Shown: piece by piece, positions 1-9,650 of the stretch
Layout: every line of letters begins with the position of its first letter
Position numbering within the stretch: position 1 is the first letter of the stretch
From: Deltaproteobacteria bacterium
Lineage (GTDB): Bacteria > Myxococcota_A > Polyangia > Polyangiales > Houyiibacteriaceae
Reading direction: 5' to 3'
NCBI GenBank assembly: GCA_034670305.1
Contig: JAXMNT010000021.1
Location: forward strand, 32,001-96,000
DNA length: 64,000 bases
Notes under the pieces: model-generated
The model's database searches: none
Told to the model about the DNA's origin: nothing
The model's input: the letters and a program-made list of their open reading frames with translations, nothing else
Program-made: the position numbers and the translations under genes

Positions 1-961
1 TCGGCAAATCGATCTGGTAGGCGAGCTCCACGGAAGTCCCGCGTGCTCGGTCGGTGACCGCCGCGGCTCCGTCGGGTGTGAGGTGTGCAAACCAGTGTTC
101 GACTTGAAGCCACGCGCCGGCGACGAGCACGCTGAGATCCGCTTCCGCCACGTGGGTCCGTCGCGCTTGTGCCGGACCGAAGCCGGAGGCGAGCGCGGTG
201 CTGCTCGAGAAGTCGCCGTTGTCGTCCACGGCGGTGTCGTGAGACGTCGCGTAGCTGGCCCCGAGCTCGAGTCGATCGAACGCATCGATCCAGTGCGCGA
301 GGTCGACGGTCAGCCGCGCGGTGTAGAGGAGGTCGCCGGGTTCCACGTCGTCGCGGCCCGCGCCGGCGCCGAGGATGCCGGCGCCGCCGAGCACCGCGAA
401 CTGGTACCGAATGGGAAAGTCGCTCGGCGCGTGAAGCTTGACGCCCACATCGCGCAGCGCGCGCTTGAGAAACTGGCCGACAAAGTACGGCCGGTCCCAG
501 AACACCAGATCGCCGTAGGGCGTGATCGTCGTCGCGCCGACCGGGATGCGGAACTGCCCGGCGGTGACCTGGAGGGGAAACGGCGCCCGCCACGAGAGCG
601 TGAGATCGAGCACCGGCAAGGTCGGCGCTTCGAGGCCGAGTTGAATGTAGGCTTCGACGTTTCGCCCGAGGTCGGCCCGCAGGCTGAGCCGCGCGGTCCG
701 GATCCCGAAGGGCGTGGTCGACGCCACCGCGTCGGGGACCCGGCCCCACGCGCTGGTCGTAGCCCAGAGGTTGAGCAACCCGCCGAACACCAAACGGTCG
801 GTCCACGGCGGCTCCGACACCGCGTCCACCGCGGTCTCAGCCGTCGCCACCTCGCCCGGCGGGGTGTCCACGGTGGGCTCGTCTTGCGCGGCCGCGGGGC
901 GGGTCAGGAACGAGAGGACGACAACAAAGATGCAGACGAAGGCAGGGGTTGAGCCAACCAT
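1..961 (-). CDS. Outer-membrane porin-like beta-barrel protein (OprO/OprP-like); 3' end lies outside the window
   Basis: Not in the ORF track because there is no stop in the window. Manual translation from ATG at 961: signal peptide MVGSTPAFVCIFVVVLSFLTRPAAA, then FGIRTARLSLRAD, VTAGQFRIPVG, RDVGVKL, AWLQVEHW, GTSVELAYQI, all amphipathic porin-like strands. Confidence 0.6.
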   Translation of the reverse strand, partial: MVGSTPAFVCIFVVVLSFLTRPAAAQDEPTVDTPPGEVATAETAVDAVSEPPWTDRLVFGGLLNLWATTSAWGRVPDAVASTTPFGIRTARLSLRADLGRNVEAYIQLGLEAPTLPVLDLTLSWRAPFPLQVTAGQFRIPVGATTITPYGDLVFWDRPYFVGQFLKRALRDVGVKLHAPSDFPIRYQFAVLGGAGILGAGAGRDDVEPGDLLYTARLTVDLAHWIDAFDRLELGASYATSHDTAVDDNGDFSSSTALASGFGPAQARRTHVAEADLSVLVAGAWLQVEHWFAHLTPDGAAAVTDRARGTSVELAYQIDLP

Positions 962-1017
962 GCGTCTTACACACCACGTTCTCCCCGACCCCGCAAACGC
1001 CCCGCGGAGTTCGTGGG

Positions 1018-2181
1018 TCAATCGATGAGGACCCAGCGGAGGCCGGGGCCGACGTCGAGCCGTTCGATCGAGGTCAGGGTGCCATCGGCTTCGATGCGGT
1101 AGCTCTGCAAGGCGCCGCTGTCTTGGCCGGCCGCGACCACGAACCGACCATCCGGGCTGAGATCCATCTCGCGCGGGCGGGCTTCGGTGGACACCGTGCC
1201 GAGGGATGCGAGGCTGCCGTCCGGCTCGACGCGGAACATCGCGATCGAGTCGTGGCCGCGGTTGGTGCCGTAGACGAACTGGCCATCCGGTGTGATGTGT
1301 ACGTCGGCGCACGTGTTGCTGTCGCCGTCGACGCCGCCCGGCAACGTACTGGCACGGCCGATCAACGAAAGCGCTCCGTCGCCTTCGATCCGGTAGGCCC
1401 CGATTCGGTCGGCGTACTCCTCGATGAGGTACGCGAGCTCGCCGTTCGGGTGGAATGCGATGTGCCGCGGTCCGGTGCCGCCGGCGCCCACGGTCCGTGC
1501 GCCCGCGGTCAGGGCGCCCTCGCCGTCGAGCGACCACTGCTGGACGGACTCGCCGTTGCGGTGCGGCACGTAGAACTGGGTGTCCGAGTAGCGCGTGGCG
1601 GCGTGGGGTTCGACGTCGGTGTCGGCGGTGTCGGTTTGCGCGTGCGGCGGTGCGCCACCGACGTCGTGCACCCGGAGCCGGTTGTCGCCGAAGTAGGCAC
1701 TCACGAGATGATCGCCCAAGACCTCCAGGTACACCGGGTTGCCGGTGTCCGGCGTGAGGCCGACGAGTGAAGGCACGCCCATGCCGTCCAGCGACACGGT
1801 GCCGATGCTGTTCCCGAGCCCGACGTAGATCCGGTTCTGCGCGCGTGCGTGGACCATGGCGCCAGGCCGGTTCGGCAGCACGAGGTCGAACTCCGTACGC
1901 GCGGACATCGATCCATCCGCGCCCAGATCGACGACCGCCAACCGTTCTTCTCCCCCGACGCTCACGATCATGCGCCGCACCCGCGCGGGTTCTCCGGCGT
2001 CGGGTGTGCCGACGTCCGAGGGGGCATCCAGCAACGAGGCGTCGACCGAGTCGCCACCGTCTGGGTTCGCGTCGAGGGGGGCCGGTGCGTCGCGTGTGGC
2101 GGCATCCACCGCTCCGTCGTCGTCTCCGCATCCGGTGATCGACGCCCAAGCGAGGACGCAGCACGCGACGCGCAGACTCAT
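1018..2181 (-). CDS. Lactonase-family (6-phosphogluconolactonase/3-carboxymuconate cyclase-like) beta-propeller lipoprotein
   Basis: Lipobox ITGC; motifs GTGPRHIAFHPNG, ADVHITPDGQFVYGTNRGHDSIA, PREMDLSPDGRF. Start at MSLRVA overlaps the upstream gene stop (ATGA). Confidence 0.85.
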   Translation of the reverse strand: MSLRVACCVLAWASITGCGDDDGAVDAATRDAPAPLDANPDGGDSVDASLLDAPSDVGTPDAGEPARVRRMIVSVGGEERLAVVDLGADGSMSARTEFDLVLPNRPGAMVHARAQNRIYVGLGNSIGTVSLDGMGVPSLVGLTPDTGNPVYLEVLGDHLVSAYFGDNRLRVHDVGGAPPHAQTDTADTDVEPHAATRYSDTQFYVPHRNGESVQQWSLDGEGALTAGARTVGAGGTGPRHIAFHPNGELAYLIEEYADRIGAYRIEGDGALSLIGRASTLPGGVDGDSNTCADVHITPDGQFVYGTNRGHDSIAMFRVEPDGSLASLGTVSTEARPREMDLSPDGRFVVAAGQDSGALQSYRIEADGTLTSIERLDVGPGLRWVLID

Positions 2182-3101
2182 GGCGTCGTCTCGATCTCTT
2201 CTTCGGCCGGCGCCGCGGGGGCCGCCGGTCCGGAGCCCTGGTTGCCGTCGTTCGTGGACGGGCGGACGAACCGAAGCGTCATGCGGTCGCTCTCGCCGAT
2301 GTCGGTGCGCTCCTGTTCGGTCATGCCTTCGCCCCGCATGACAGGCGGCAACGACCACACACCCTCGGGGTGAAGGTGGGTGTCGCGCGGGTTCGCGTTG
2401 ATCTCCGATCGTGCGTCGAGCACCAGGCCCGCGGCTTCGGCGAGTTCGATCACGTAGGACTCGGAGACGTAGCCGCTCTCTCCGGTGCGGGCTTCGGGAT
2501 GGTCTTCGTGCGCGCGGTGCTGCACCACGCCAAACACGCCGCCCGGCTTGAGCACCCGCGCCACCGCGGAGAAGTAGTCCGCGACGTTGTGGCCTTCGGA
2601 GCGGATGAAGTTGTGGATGCTGCGGAAGGTCAAGACCATGTCGACCGAACCGTCCGGCACGTCGGCGAGCATGTTGCCGGGGTGCAGGATCTTGAGCTCG
2701 ATCTGGTCGTAGAGTTCGGGGTGGCTCGCCACCATCGCGCGGAAGTTGCGCTCGTACTGGCCGCGGCGTTCGTCTGTGGGATCGATGCCGCCGCTGATGA
2801 GCGTGCCGTGGTCGCGAAGCGTCGGCGCGAGCACGCGCGTGTACCAGCCGCCGCCGGGCCAGACTTCGACCACTGTCATGTCCGGTCGCAGGCCGAAGAA
2901 CTCGAGGGTCTCCTTCGGGTGACGGGAGGAGTCGCGGCCACGGTCGTCGGCACGCCAAGCGCCGGCGAGTGCCGCGTCGAGGTCTCCGGTGACGACGTTT
3001 TCGAACCGGGCTTCGGGTTCGGCGTGTTCGACGGGCGGGGTCTGGCCGCCGCACGCGAAGGCCAGGACAAGCAGGAGGGTGGGAACAGAAGAAGTGCGCA
3101 T
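2178..3101 (-). CDS. Predicted class I SAM-dependent methyltransferase lipoprotein (COG4798-like)
   Basis: Lipobox AFAC; RHPKETLEFFGLRPDMTVVEVWPGGGWYT, SVDMVLTFRSIHN, LKPGGVFGVVQHR, SEINANPRD, IGESDRMTLRF. Confidence 0.85.
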   Translation of the reverse strand: MRTSSVPTLLLVLAFACGGQTPPVEHAEPEARFENVVTGDLDAALAGAWRADDRGRDSSRHPKETLEFFGLRPDMTVVEVWPGGGWYTRVLAPTLRDHGTLISGGIDPTDERRGQYERNFRAMVASHPELYDQIELKILHPGNMLADVPDGSVDMVLTFRSIHNFIRSEGHNVADYFSAVARVLKPGGVFGVVQHRAHEDHPEARTGESGYVSESYVIELAEAAGLVLDARSEINANPRDTHLHPEGVWSLPPVMRGEGMTEQERTDIGESDRMTLRFVRPSTNDGNQGSGPAAPAAPAEEEIETTP

Positions 3102-3276
3102 GCGGGCGAGCATAGTGCCATCGCGGCCGACGTCACCCCCCACGAGCGCGAGTCGATGCGACGCGTTCGGGCGTGATCGATCTGGAGCCGATCGGGTAGT
3201 CTCCGGCGCATCGGAACGCGGCCGGACGAACGTTCTGGCCCGAACCAACACGCGCACGCGCGACAAGGGGTGTGGA

Positions 3277-5286
3277 ATGAAGTTGCAGTGGAAGCAGACG
3301 GGACCGGCACGCGAAGCATCGGTCGAGGTACCGCCGAAGGCGCCGTGGATCGGCGACTACGTGATCGCCTACGACGAGGTTCGCGAGCGCACGCTCTACG
3401 TCTATTCCCCGCAGTTCCACCAGTTCGGTTCCGCGTGGCTCTTCGACGGTCACGGCTGGACCGACCTCGGCTTCGAGCCGATTCGGACCGAGAGCCCGGA
3501 CCAGCGGTGGATGGGGTTCTGGGATCCGTCGCGCAAGGCGGTCGTCGGGTGGAACATCTGCAAGGACAACGAGTACAACCCGATCCCGCTGGGCGTGGCG
3601 TTGACCGAATCCGGCCCCGAGATCGTCCCGACCACCGGGGACGGCCCGGTACGCTCCGACGACGCGGACGAAGCGGGTGCGCTCTTCTGTTACGACCGGG
3701 CCCGCAACGTCACCGTGTGCATGACCCACCTCGGGATCTGGGAGCTCGACGCCCGCGGCGCGTGGTCGAAAGTGCGCGACGAAGCGGACATCCCGAAATC
3801 GCGCTGGACCGAAGAATGCCACTCCGCCGCGTGGGACGCGACGCGCAACGAGTGCGTCTTCGTGTTCGCGGCAGAGGACGAGAACGAAGACGACCGCTTG
3901 TTCGCGTTCTCATGGAACGGGGAAGCGCTCACCCTGTGCCCGAACGAGGGACTGCCCGACGGAGTCATCACCGGCTGGATGAACACGGGACCGCTCGCTT
4001 GCAATCACCCGGAGCACGGGATCGTGTTGCATCTTGGCGCGCCGCGGGGCTTTCTGGTCCGCACCGATTCGGGCTGGAGCGAACTCGCGGTGAAAAAGCC
4101 CGCGCCCGCCGGTCAAAAGTGCCGGATGGGGTACGACGCCAACGCGGATGTGTTCGTGCTCGGGCCGGGCGACCTCGAGGCCAGGCCGGGCGCGTACCCT
4201 CAAGAGCAGGTCGTGTTCCACGTCTTCGACGACGGGGTCTGGACCAAACTGGGGGTCACCGCGGCCAAGAGCCCGGTCGGAGAACTCTGGGCCAAGCGGT
4301 TCGGAGCGTTCGTCCAAGTCGGTCCGGAGCGCCGCAGCGTGTGGCGGGCCATGGGCAACTTCTACCTGACGTTGCTCGAGTTCGACCCGGCCCAGGGATG
4401 GAAAGACCTCGTCGACAAGACCACGTTCAAGGAACTCTGGGACGGCGGCCACAGCGACAACGGCTCCACGGTACAGATGGGGATCGTCGCGGACGAGCAG
4501 GGTGTGATGCGCGCGTTCGCCAACGAAGGGGACGTGTACGTCTTCGACGAAGAGAAGTGCGTGTGGTCGCGCGAGAGCGAGAAGAACGAACTGCTCAAGC
4601 GGCGGCTGTGGGCGCGGCTCTGCTGGGACTTCTCCGAGAAGCGGGTCGTGCTCTGGGGCGGCGAGATCAAGGGTCGCAAGAACAACCACGTGCTGATCTA
4701 CGAGGATGGCGCCTGGCGTCAGTGCAAGAAGAGCTCACCGAAACCGAAAGGGTTCGCGCGCAAGAAACGCGAGCGCAGCGTCGAGTACCAACTTCTCTAC
4801 GACCACGGCCTCGGCGCGGTGGTGCGCTTCGGCTACGAGGAGGTGGCGGTGCTCCAAGGCGAGATCCTGGAGCCGTCCGAACCGGAGGGCTACGGCGCCC
4901 TCAACGACGACGCGCACCGGGTCGTGATGTCGGACCCCGCGACTGGACAGACGTTGGTGTTCAACTGGCAGACCGGTGTCGTCTTCCGCTTCGACCTCGG
5001 CGGATGCGAACAACTGGCGACGATCGAGTTGCCGGACGATCTGATCCTTCCGAAGCACGTCGACAAGGCCTACTCGATGCGGACCTTGTGCGACGACGTG
5101 GCGTTCGACCCCGCGACCCGCACGCTCTGGTGCCAGAACCCAGAGGACGCCTGGGGCACCTACCGCGTCGACCTCGGCCCCGTGTTCGAGGCCGCCGCGA
5201 AGAAGGGCGAGCGCACCCAGCCGCCCCCGGCGGAGGTGAAGAAGAAGAAGAAGGCCGCGAAGAAGAAGAAGGCCGCAAAGAAGTAA
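3277..5286 (+). CDS. Hypothetical protein with Kelch-like/beta-propeller repeats and a Lys-rich C-terminal tail
   Basis: GC3-biased ORF; repeated (A/G)YDxxRxxxV...W blade motifs ([44 protein letters not shown]); ends [15 protein letters not shown]. Confidence 0.65.
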   Translation: MKLQWKQTGPAREASVEVPPKAPWIGDYVIAYDEVRERTLYVYSPQFHQFGSAWLFDGHGWTDLGFEPIRTESPDQRWMGFWDPSRKAVVGWNICKDNEYNPIPLGVALTESGPEIVPTTGDGPVRSDDADEAGALFCYDRARNVTVCMTHLGIWELDARGAWSKVRDEADIPKSRWTEECHSAAWDATRNECVFVFAAEDENEDDRLFAFSWNGEALTLCPNEGLPDGVITGWMNTGPLACNHPEHGIVLHLGAPRGFLVRTDSGWSELAVKKPAPAGQKCRMGYDANADVFVLGPGDLEARPGAYPQEQVVFHVFDDGVWTKLGVTAAKSPVGELWAKRFGAFVQVGPERRSVWRAMGNFYLTLLEFDPAQGWKDLVDKTTFKELWDGGHSDNGSTVQMGIVADEQGVMRAFANEGDVYVFDEEKCVWSRESEKNELLKRRLWARLCWDFSEKRVVLWGGEIKGRKNNHVLIYEDGAWRQCKKSSPKPKGFARKKRERSVEYQLLYDHGLGAVVRFGYEEVAVLQGEILEPSEPEGYGALNDDAHRVVMSDPATGQTLVFNWQTGVVFRFDLGGCEQLATIELPDDLILPKHVDKAYSMRTLCDDVAFDPATRTLWCQNPEDAWGTYRVDLGPVFEAAAKKGERTQPPPAEVKKKKKAAKKKKAAKK

Positions 5287-5293
5287 AGCCGCA

Positions 5294-5608
5294 GCCCCTT
5301 GCCCCTGCCCTTGCCCCTGCCCTTGCCCTCGGTTCGGGGCCCGGGGTTCGGGCTCGGCTTCGGGGTCGGCTTCGGCGTCGGCTTCGGCTTCGGCGTCGGC
5401 TTCGGCTTCGGCGTCGGCTTCGGCTTCGGCTTCGGCGTCGGGTTCGGCTTCGGCTTCGGGCTTCGGGCTCGGCGTCGGCTTCGGGGTCGACTTCGGCTTC
5501 GGGCTCGGCGTCGGCGTCGGGTTCGGCTTCGGCTTCGGCTTCGGGTTCGGGTTCGGCTTCGGGCCTGCACCCAAGGGCAAGGGCAAGGGCAAGGGCAAGG
5601 GCAAGGGC
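5294..5608. repeat. Intergenic hexamer-repeat element A: (CCCTTG/CCCCTG)n arm, (TCGGCT/TCGGCG)n core, (CAAGGG)6 arm
   Basis: Seen directly; the two arms are reverse complements; lies between convergent genes. Confidence 0.95.
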
Positions 5609-5638
5609 GCTCCAAAGGCCCCGGCTTCGCCTGTGCCT

Positions 5639-6565
5639 TTAGAGCGGGAGCTGGATCGAGCTTCGCGACAGGTTGATGCGGATCTCCAGTCGGCCGGCTT
5701 CGCCCGAGTCGGGATCGGTGAGGGACATGTCGACCTCCATCTCCATTTCGGACGACTGCACGATCGGGTGCTGGCTCAGGTCGAGCGGAAGGTACGCGAC
5801 GCGTGCCACGACCACGTCGCCGCGGGTGACGGTGGCGCCTTCGGGGGTGTCCGGGAACTGGATGCCCTGCGCGACGATCTGGGCGGTGACTTCGAGCGCG
5901 GGCACCGGCTCTTCGACCCGGCTGGCGACGTGCATCTCGCCTTCGAGTCGGGTCGGATCGATCTGCAGACGGCGGCGCTCCAGCTGACGCGCGGCGGCGG
6001 TCGCGTCGATGGGCCAGCGCGCGCCGATCGCCTGCGGCTCCGGGTTGCCGAAGACCGCGTCGTGATCGTCAGCCGGTCCGTCTGGGATCACGAGGCTGAG
6101 CATCTTGAGTTCGACCGGTCCGATCTCCACGCCGTCGGCCCGCGTGATCGTGCCTTCGTCGCCCCGGGTGACGTTCAGGATCGTGCCCGCCGGCACGAGC
6201 TCGAGATCGGCGGTGCCGTTGTTCGCGATGGCCTGCGTGACCTCGTACCGGAGCGCGGCCTGTCGGCCGTGTGCATCGAGCGCGGTGACCTCCACGTTGG
6301 CTTCGATCTTCACGCGGATGTCGCGTCCGCGTTCGTCGGTGTCTTCGCCCATGAAGACGTTCTGCGACTCGACCTCGTGCGCTTCGGTGGTCTCTGCCCA
6401 GCGCCGGCCCACCGCCTCGGGTCGGTCGATCTGGATCGGGTACGTGGCGGCGGGGTCGACGGTGTCGGCGACGACCGTGGTGCCCTCACCGTTCGTGGAT
6501 GCGGTGGAACCACCGCATGCGAAGAGGAGGGCTGCGATGAGACCGAAGACGCTCGAACGATTCAT
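5639..6565 (-). CDS. Hypothetical lipoprotein
   Basis: [17 protein letters not shown] lipobox; beta-rich body; TAGAGT 7 nt upstream of the start. Confidence 0.75.
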   Translation of the reverse strand: MNRSSVFGLIAALLFACGGSTASTNGEGTTVVADTVDPAATYPIQIDRPEAVGRRWAETTEAHEVESQNVFMGEDTDERGRDIRVKIEANVEVTALDAHGRQAALRYEVTQAIANNGTADLELVPAGTILNVTRGDEGTITRADGVEIGPVELKMLSLVIPDGPADDHDAVFGNPEPQAIGARWPIDATAAARQLERRRLQIDPTRLEGEMHVASRVEEPVPALEVTAQIVAQGIQFPDTPEGATVTRGDVVVARVAYLPLDLSQHPIVQSSEMEMEVDMSLTDPDSGEAGRLEIRINLSRSSIQLPL

Positions 6566-6660
6566 GCGGCGGACTCTACCCAAGAACCGAACCGAGTTCG
6601 AACAGACTCCCGGGGTTGGAAACCTGACGACGGGCGCGTGCACCTCGCGAAGCGAGCCAG

Positions 6661-6729
6661 GTCGGTTTCGGGGTCGGCTCGTGCTCGGGTTCGTGCCTTG
6701 AGGGCAAGGGCAGGGGCAAGGGCAAGGGC
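6661..6729. repeat. Partial hexamer-repeat element B: degenerate TCGG core plus (GGGCAA/GGGCAG)n arm
   Basis: Seen directly; same motif family as 5294-5608 but with only one arm. Confidence 0.8.
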
Positions 6730-6735
6730 TGGCCG

Positions 6736-8256
6736 TCAGGCGAGTTCGCCGGGCGGGATGCTGCCGCGGATTTCGACTTCGGCGTCGGCGTCGACCGTCT
6801 TGCGCTCGAGGCTGCTCGCGTCGTCCACGATCTCGAGCGCGCGGGTGGCGCGCGCGTCCCGTTCGGTGAGTGAGTCGTTGTCGACGACTTGCACGGTGTG
6901 CAGTCGGTGCAGGTACTCGAGGTCCAGCTCGCCGGTGCTCGGCAACATGAACACCCCGTAGAGGCGCGCGATGTTCCGGAGCCGCTCGATCGTGTCGACG
7001 GGCACGTGGCATTGCGCGTGCGTCAGGATGTAGAGGATCGGCGTGCGGCGTTCGCGGCGCTGCAGCCGCTGCAGTTCGTTCGCGAGCATGCCGAACACCT
7101 TTGCGTAGTTTCGACCGCGCTCGCCCTTGAAACAGAGCACGTAGGGCACGCTGATGCCGCCGGTGTCGCTGCGTCCGTGGCGCGCGTGCTGCACTTCGTA
7201 GAGGCGCGCGTCGAAGAACCGGAAGTACACGTCTTCGCCTTGCAGCAGCAGCTTCTTCACGAGCGTGAGCGCCAGGCCGCGCGCGAAGACCGAACGTTGT
7301 CCGCGCATCGAAGCGGACGCGTCCACCATGATGTAGTGCAGGCGCCGGTCCTCTTCCGCCTGCTTCTCGCGGGCGTAGTAGAAGACCTCGTTCTCGGCGA
7401 ACCGTCGGTCGAAGAGCTCCGGGTCGAACGCGAGTTCACTCAGGACGAGCGAGTCGAGCGTGCCGCGTCGTTCGACGCCCGAGTAGCCATCCACGCTGAA
7501 GGTCTGCTGTCCGCTGGCGCGTTTGGTCTCGAGCACGCTCGGCAAGAGATCGAGCGAGAAGTTCACGACGTCGTTTGCTTCGGGCGAATGAAAGACGTTG
7601 AGCAGATCGAGCATCTGCAGCGCGCCGGCGGCGCTCGCTTCTTCGCCGAACATGCCGAGCAGCCGCAACGTGTCGAGATCGATCTGTTCGATCGCGGTGA
7701 TGAGTCGGAGCCGTTCTTTGGCCACGTGCTGGAGAAAGCCGATGTCGGCGCGCCGGTCGTGTCCGGTGAAGAGCGCGGGCAGCTGTGGTTCGAGATCCGA
7801 GTAGATCTCCGGGTCCATCGGAAGGAGCGTGACCGGCCCACCCAGACTGTGGTGTCCGCGAAACCGCTCGTAGAGCGGGCCCATGACCTTGAGCAACACG
7901 ACGCTGATGAGCTCGTCGCTGAGCCGCCACTGCCGCGCCTTCTCGAGCACCTCGCTGTGACCGATCTCGAGCAGCGTCTCCGTGTAGATGCGGAGCGCTT
8001 CGCCGGCCGGACCGGGCAGGTTCAACTGCTGGAGGATCGGCCGCGGGCCGAGCGGGGTGCTGGCCGGATCGACGACCATCAACATGCCGACGTCGTGCAC
8101 CGCCCAGAACGGAACGGTGAGCCCCACCTTCATGAGCGAGTTGCGCCAATGCGCTGCCCGCAGGGTCACCATGGGGTTGTCGGTTCGGACGACGCTGAGC
8201 GCGAGCGAGCCGATCTCGCGTTGCTGCGCAGTCGAGGTGTGCGGGCCTACCGGCAA
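6736..8256 (-). CDS. VWA (MIDAS) domain protein, CoxE/ViaA-like
   Basis: YIMVDASASMRG (DxSxS MIDAS), FRFFD, ILYILTH; TTG start with TAGGTT 6 nt upstream. Confidence 0.8.
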   Translation of the reverse strand: MPVGPHTSTAQQREIGSLALSVVRTDNPMVTLRAAHWRNSLMKVGLTVPFWAVHDVGMLMVVDPASTPLGPRPILQQLNLPGPAGEALRIYTETLLEIGHSEVLEKARQWRLSDELISVVLLKVMGPLYERFRGHHSLGGPVTLLPMDPEIYSDLEPQLPALFTGHDRRADIGFLQHVAKERLRLITAIEQIDLDTLRLLGMFGEEASAAGALQMLDLLNVFHSPEANDVVNFSLDLLPSVLETKRASGQQTFSVDGYSGVERRGTLDSLVLSELAFDPELFDRRFAENEVFYYAREKQAEEDRRLHYIMVDASASMRGQRSVFARGLALTLVKKLLLQGEDVYFRFFDARLYEVQHARHGRSDTGGISVPYVLCFKGERGRNYAKVFGMLANELQRLQRRERRTPILYILTHAQCHVPVDTIERLRNIARLYGVFMLPSTGELDLEYLHRLHTVQVVDNDSLTERDARATRALEIVDDASSLERKTVDADAEVEIRGSIPPGELA

Positions 8257-8327
8257 GGGGTGAACCTATACCGCATCCGTCGGCTCCGTGTCCCCCTTGC
8301 CCGCGTTCCTTCAGGCCTTGCCTTCAG

Positions 8328-8533
8328 GCCTTGCCCTTGCCCTTGCCGTTGCCCTTGCCCTTGAGTGCAGGCCCGACGCCGAAGCCGATGCCGAAGCCGA
8401 AGCCGATGCCGAAGCCGATGCCCGACGCCGAACCCGACGCCGACGCCGAACCCCGAACCCCGAACCCCGAACCCCAACCCCAACCCCAACCCCAACCCAG
8501 GGCAAGGGCACGGGCACGGGCACGGGCAAGGGG
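8328..8533. repeat. Intergenic hexamer-repeat element C, in inverted orientation relative to A
   Basis: (CCCTTG)n arm, GCCCTTGAGTGCAGGCCCGA junction (reverse complement of the A junction with one mismatch), (CCGAAG/CCGATG)n and (CCCCAA)n core, (GGGCAC/GGGCAA)n arm. Confidence 0.95.
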
Positions 8534-8553
8534 TAGAGCGCCTTGCTGGCGCT

Positions 8554-9414
8554 CTACGGCGCGATGCCGCCGATTGGGGTGCCGACCAGGGTGCGGATGT
8601 TTTGGAGGGTCACCGCTTCGAGGATCCACACGTCGCCGCAGACGATGAGGGAGGCTTCTTCCTCCATCACGAGGTTCTGTACGTTTGCCCGCGGCAAGCG
8701 CGCTTGCAGGAAGTCGCTCCGGTGCGGGTTGGGCCCGCCCGAATGCAGATCGAGCAGGCCAAGAGGAAATACTTCTTCCTGCACGATGACCACGATGTCG
8801 CAGTCCTCCATGTCCATGGGCTCCGAGATCCGCAGCTGGATCTGCACCATGTCCGGATCCCGATCGGAGATGGAGAAGCCCAGTGTGAGCCCTTCGAGCG
8901 CGATGGAGCGGGACTCGATCTGTTCTTCAGGTGGCGGTTCGCGTCCAGTGAGGAAGTTGCCGAGCGCTTCGCGCTGCGCTTCGTCGAGCTCGATCTCTTC
9001 GTCGCAGGTCCGCAGGCGCGACGCGCCTTCGGTGGCGAGGCGCATCAGATCTTCGCGGCGCACCATGCCGCCGATCTTCTCGTCGTTTCCATCGCGTTCG
9101 TAGGCGACCGAACCGAGCACGAACCGGTTGCGCGCGGTCTCGGCTTCCAGGTGGTCGCAGGCGAAGAGCACGAGCTCACCGCGCGATGCCAGCACGAGCG
9201 CGATCTCGTCCGACCCCGGAATGACCGCGCCGAGGCGGAGCTCGCCGGCTTCGAGCGGGATCGTGACGTGGGTCTCCATCGTCAGTGGGTTCGGCATGCC
9301 GGTTTCTCCGGTCGGTGTCGTGTCGCGGTGCTGGGCGTCGCCGCCTCCGCACCCTGCGCTCGACACCGCGCCCAAACACATCGCTACACACCCGAGGAGC
9401 GTCCGTGACCGCAC
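8554..9414 (-). CDS. Hypothetical lipoprotein with two tandem similar domains
   Basis: GTG start (RSRTLLGCVAMCLGAVSSAGC lipobox), TATGCT 6 nt upstream; both halves show ...CD...F(V/P)LG...L...C(D/G)...L spacing. Confidence 0.7.
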   Translation of the reverse strand: MRSRTLLGCVAMCLGAVSSAGCGGGDAQHRDTTPTGETGMPNPLTMETHVTIPLEAGELRLGAVIPGSDEIALVLASRGELVLFACDHLEAETARNRFVLGSVAYERDGNDEKIGGMVRREDLMRLATEGASRLRTCDEEIELDEAQREALGNFLTGREPPPEEQIESRSIALEGLTLGFSISDRDPDMVQIQLRISEPMDMEDCDIVVIVQEEVFPLGLLDLHSGGPNPHRSDFLQARLPRANVQNLVMEEEASLIVCGDVWILEAVTLQNIRTLVGTPIGGIAP

Positions 9415-9435
9415 GCGCGGAGCATACCATCGAAC

Positions 9436-9580
9436 CCCCGTACCCGTGCCCGTGGTTCGGGCTCCGGCGTCGGCATCGGCATCGGCATCGGCCTCGGCAT
9501 CGGCCTCGGCATCGGCATCGGCATTGGCATCGGCATCGGCATCGGCCTCGGCCTCGGCATCGGCATCGGCTTCGGCGCCC
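9436..9580. repeat. Hexamer-repeat tract D: short CCCGTG arm plus (TCGGCA/TCGGCC)n
   Basis: Seen directly, between divergent genes. Confidence 0.9.
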
Positions 9581-9650
9581 GCCCCTCTGCGCTTCCCCGT
9601 CGAGCTGCGCACTTCCTTGACCCACCACCCGTCCTCGGTACGTTCTTCGG

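Noticed and set aside
5160-5676. ORFs encoding PKPK, GFGV or CPCP dipeptide repeats (also 8247-8648)
   Set aside because: Automatic result of stop-free hexamer arrays in all frames; no independent coding signal.
8472-8498. (TTGGGG)n telomere-like repeat
   Set aside because: Only about four units, embedded in a larger hexamer element inside a gene-dense bacterial region; the resemblance is coincidental.
5294-9580. CRISPR array interpretation of the intergenic repeats
   Set aside because: Units are 6-bp tandem microsatellites with no unique spacers, and no cas genes are present.
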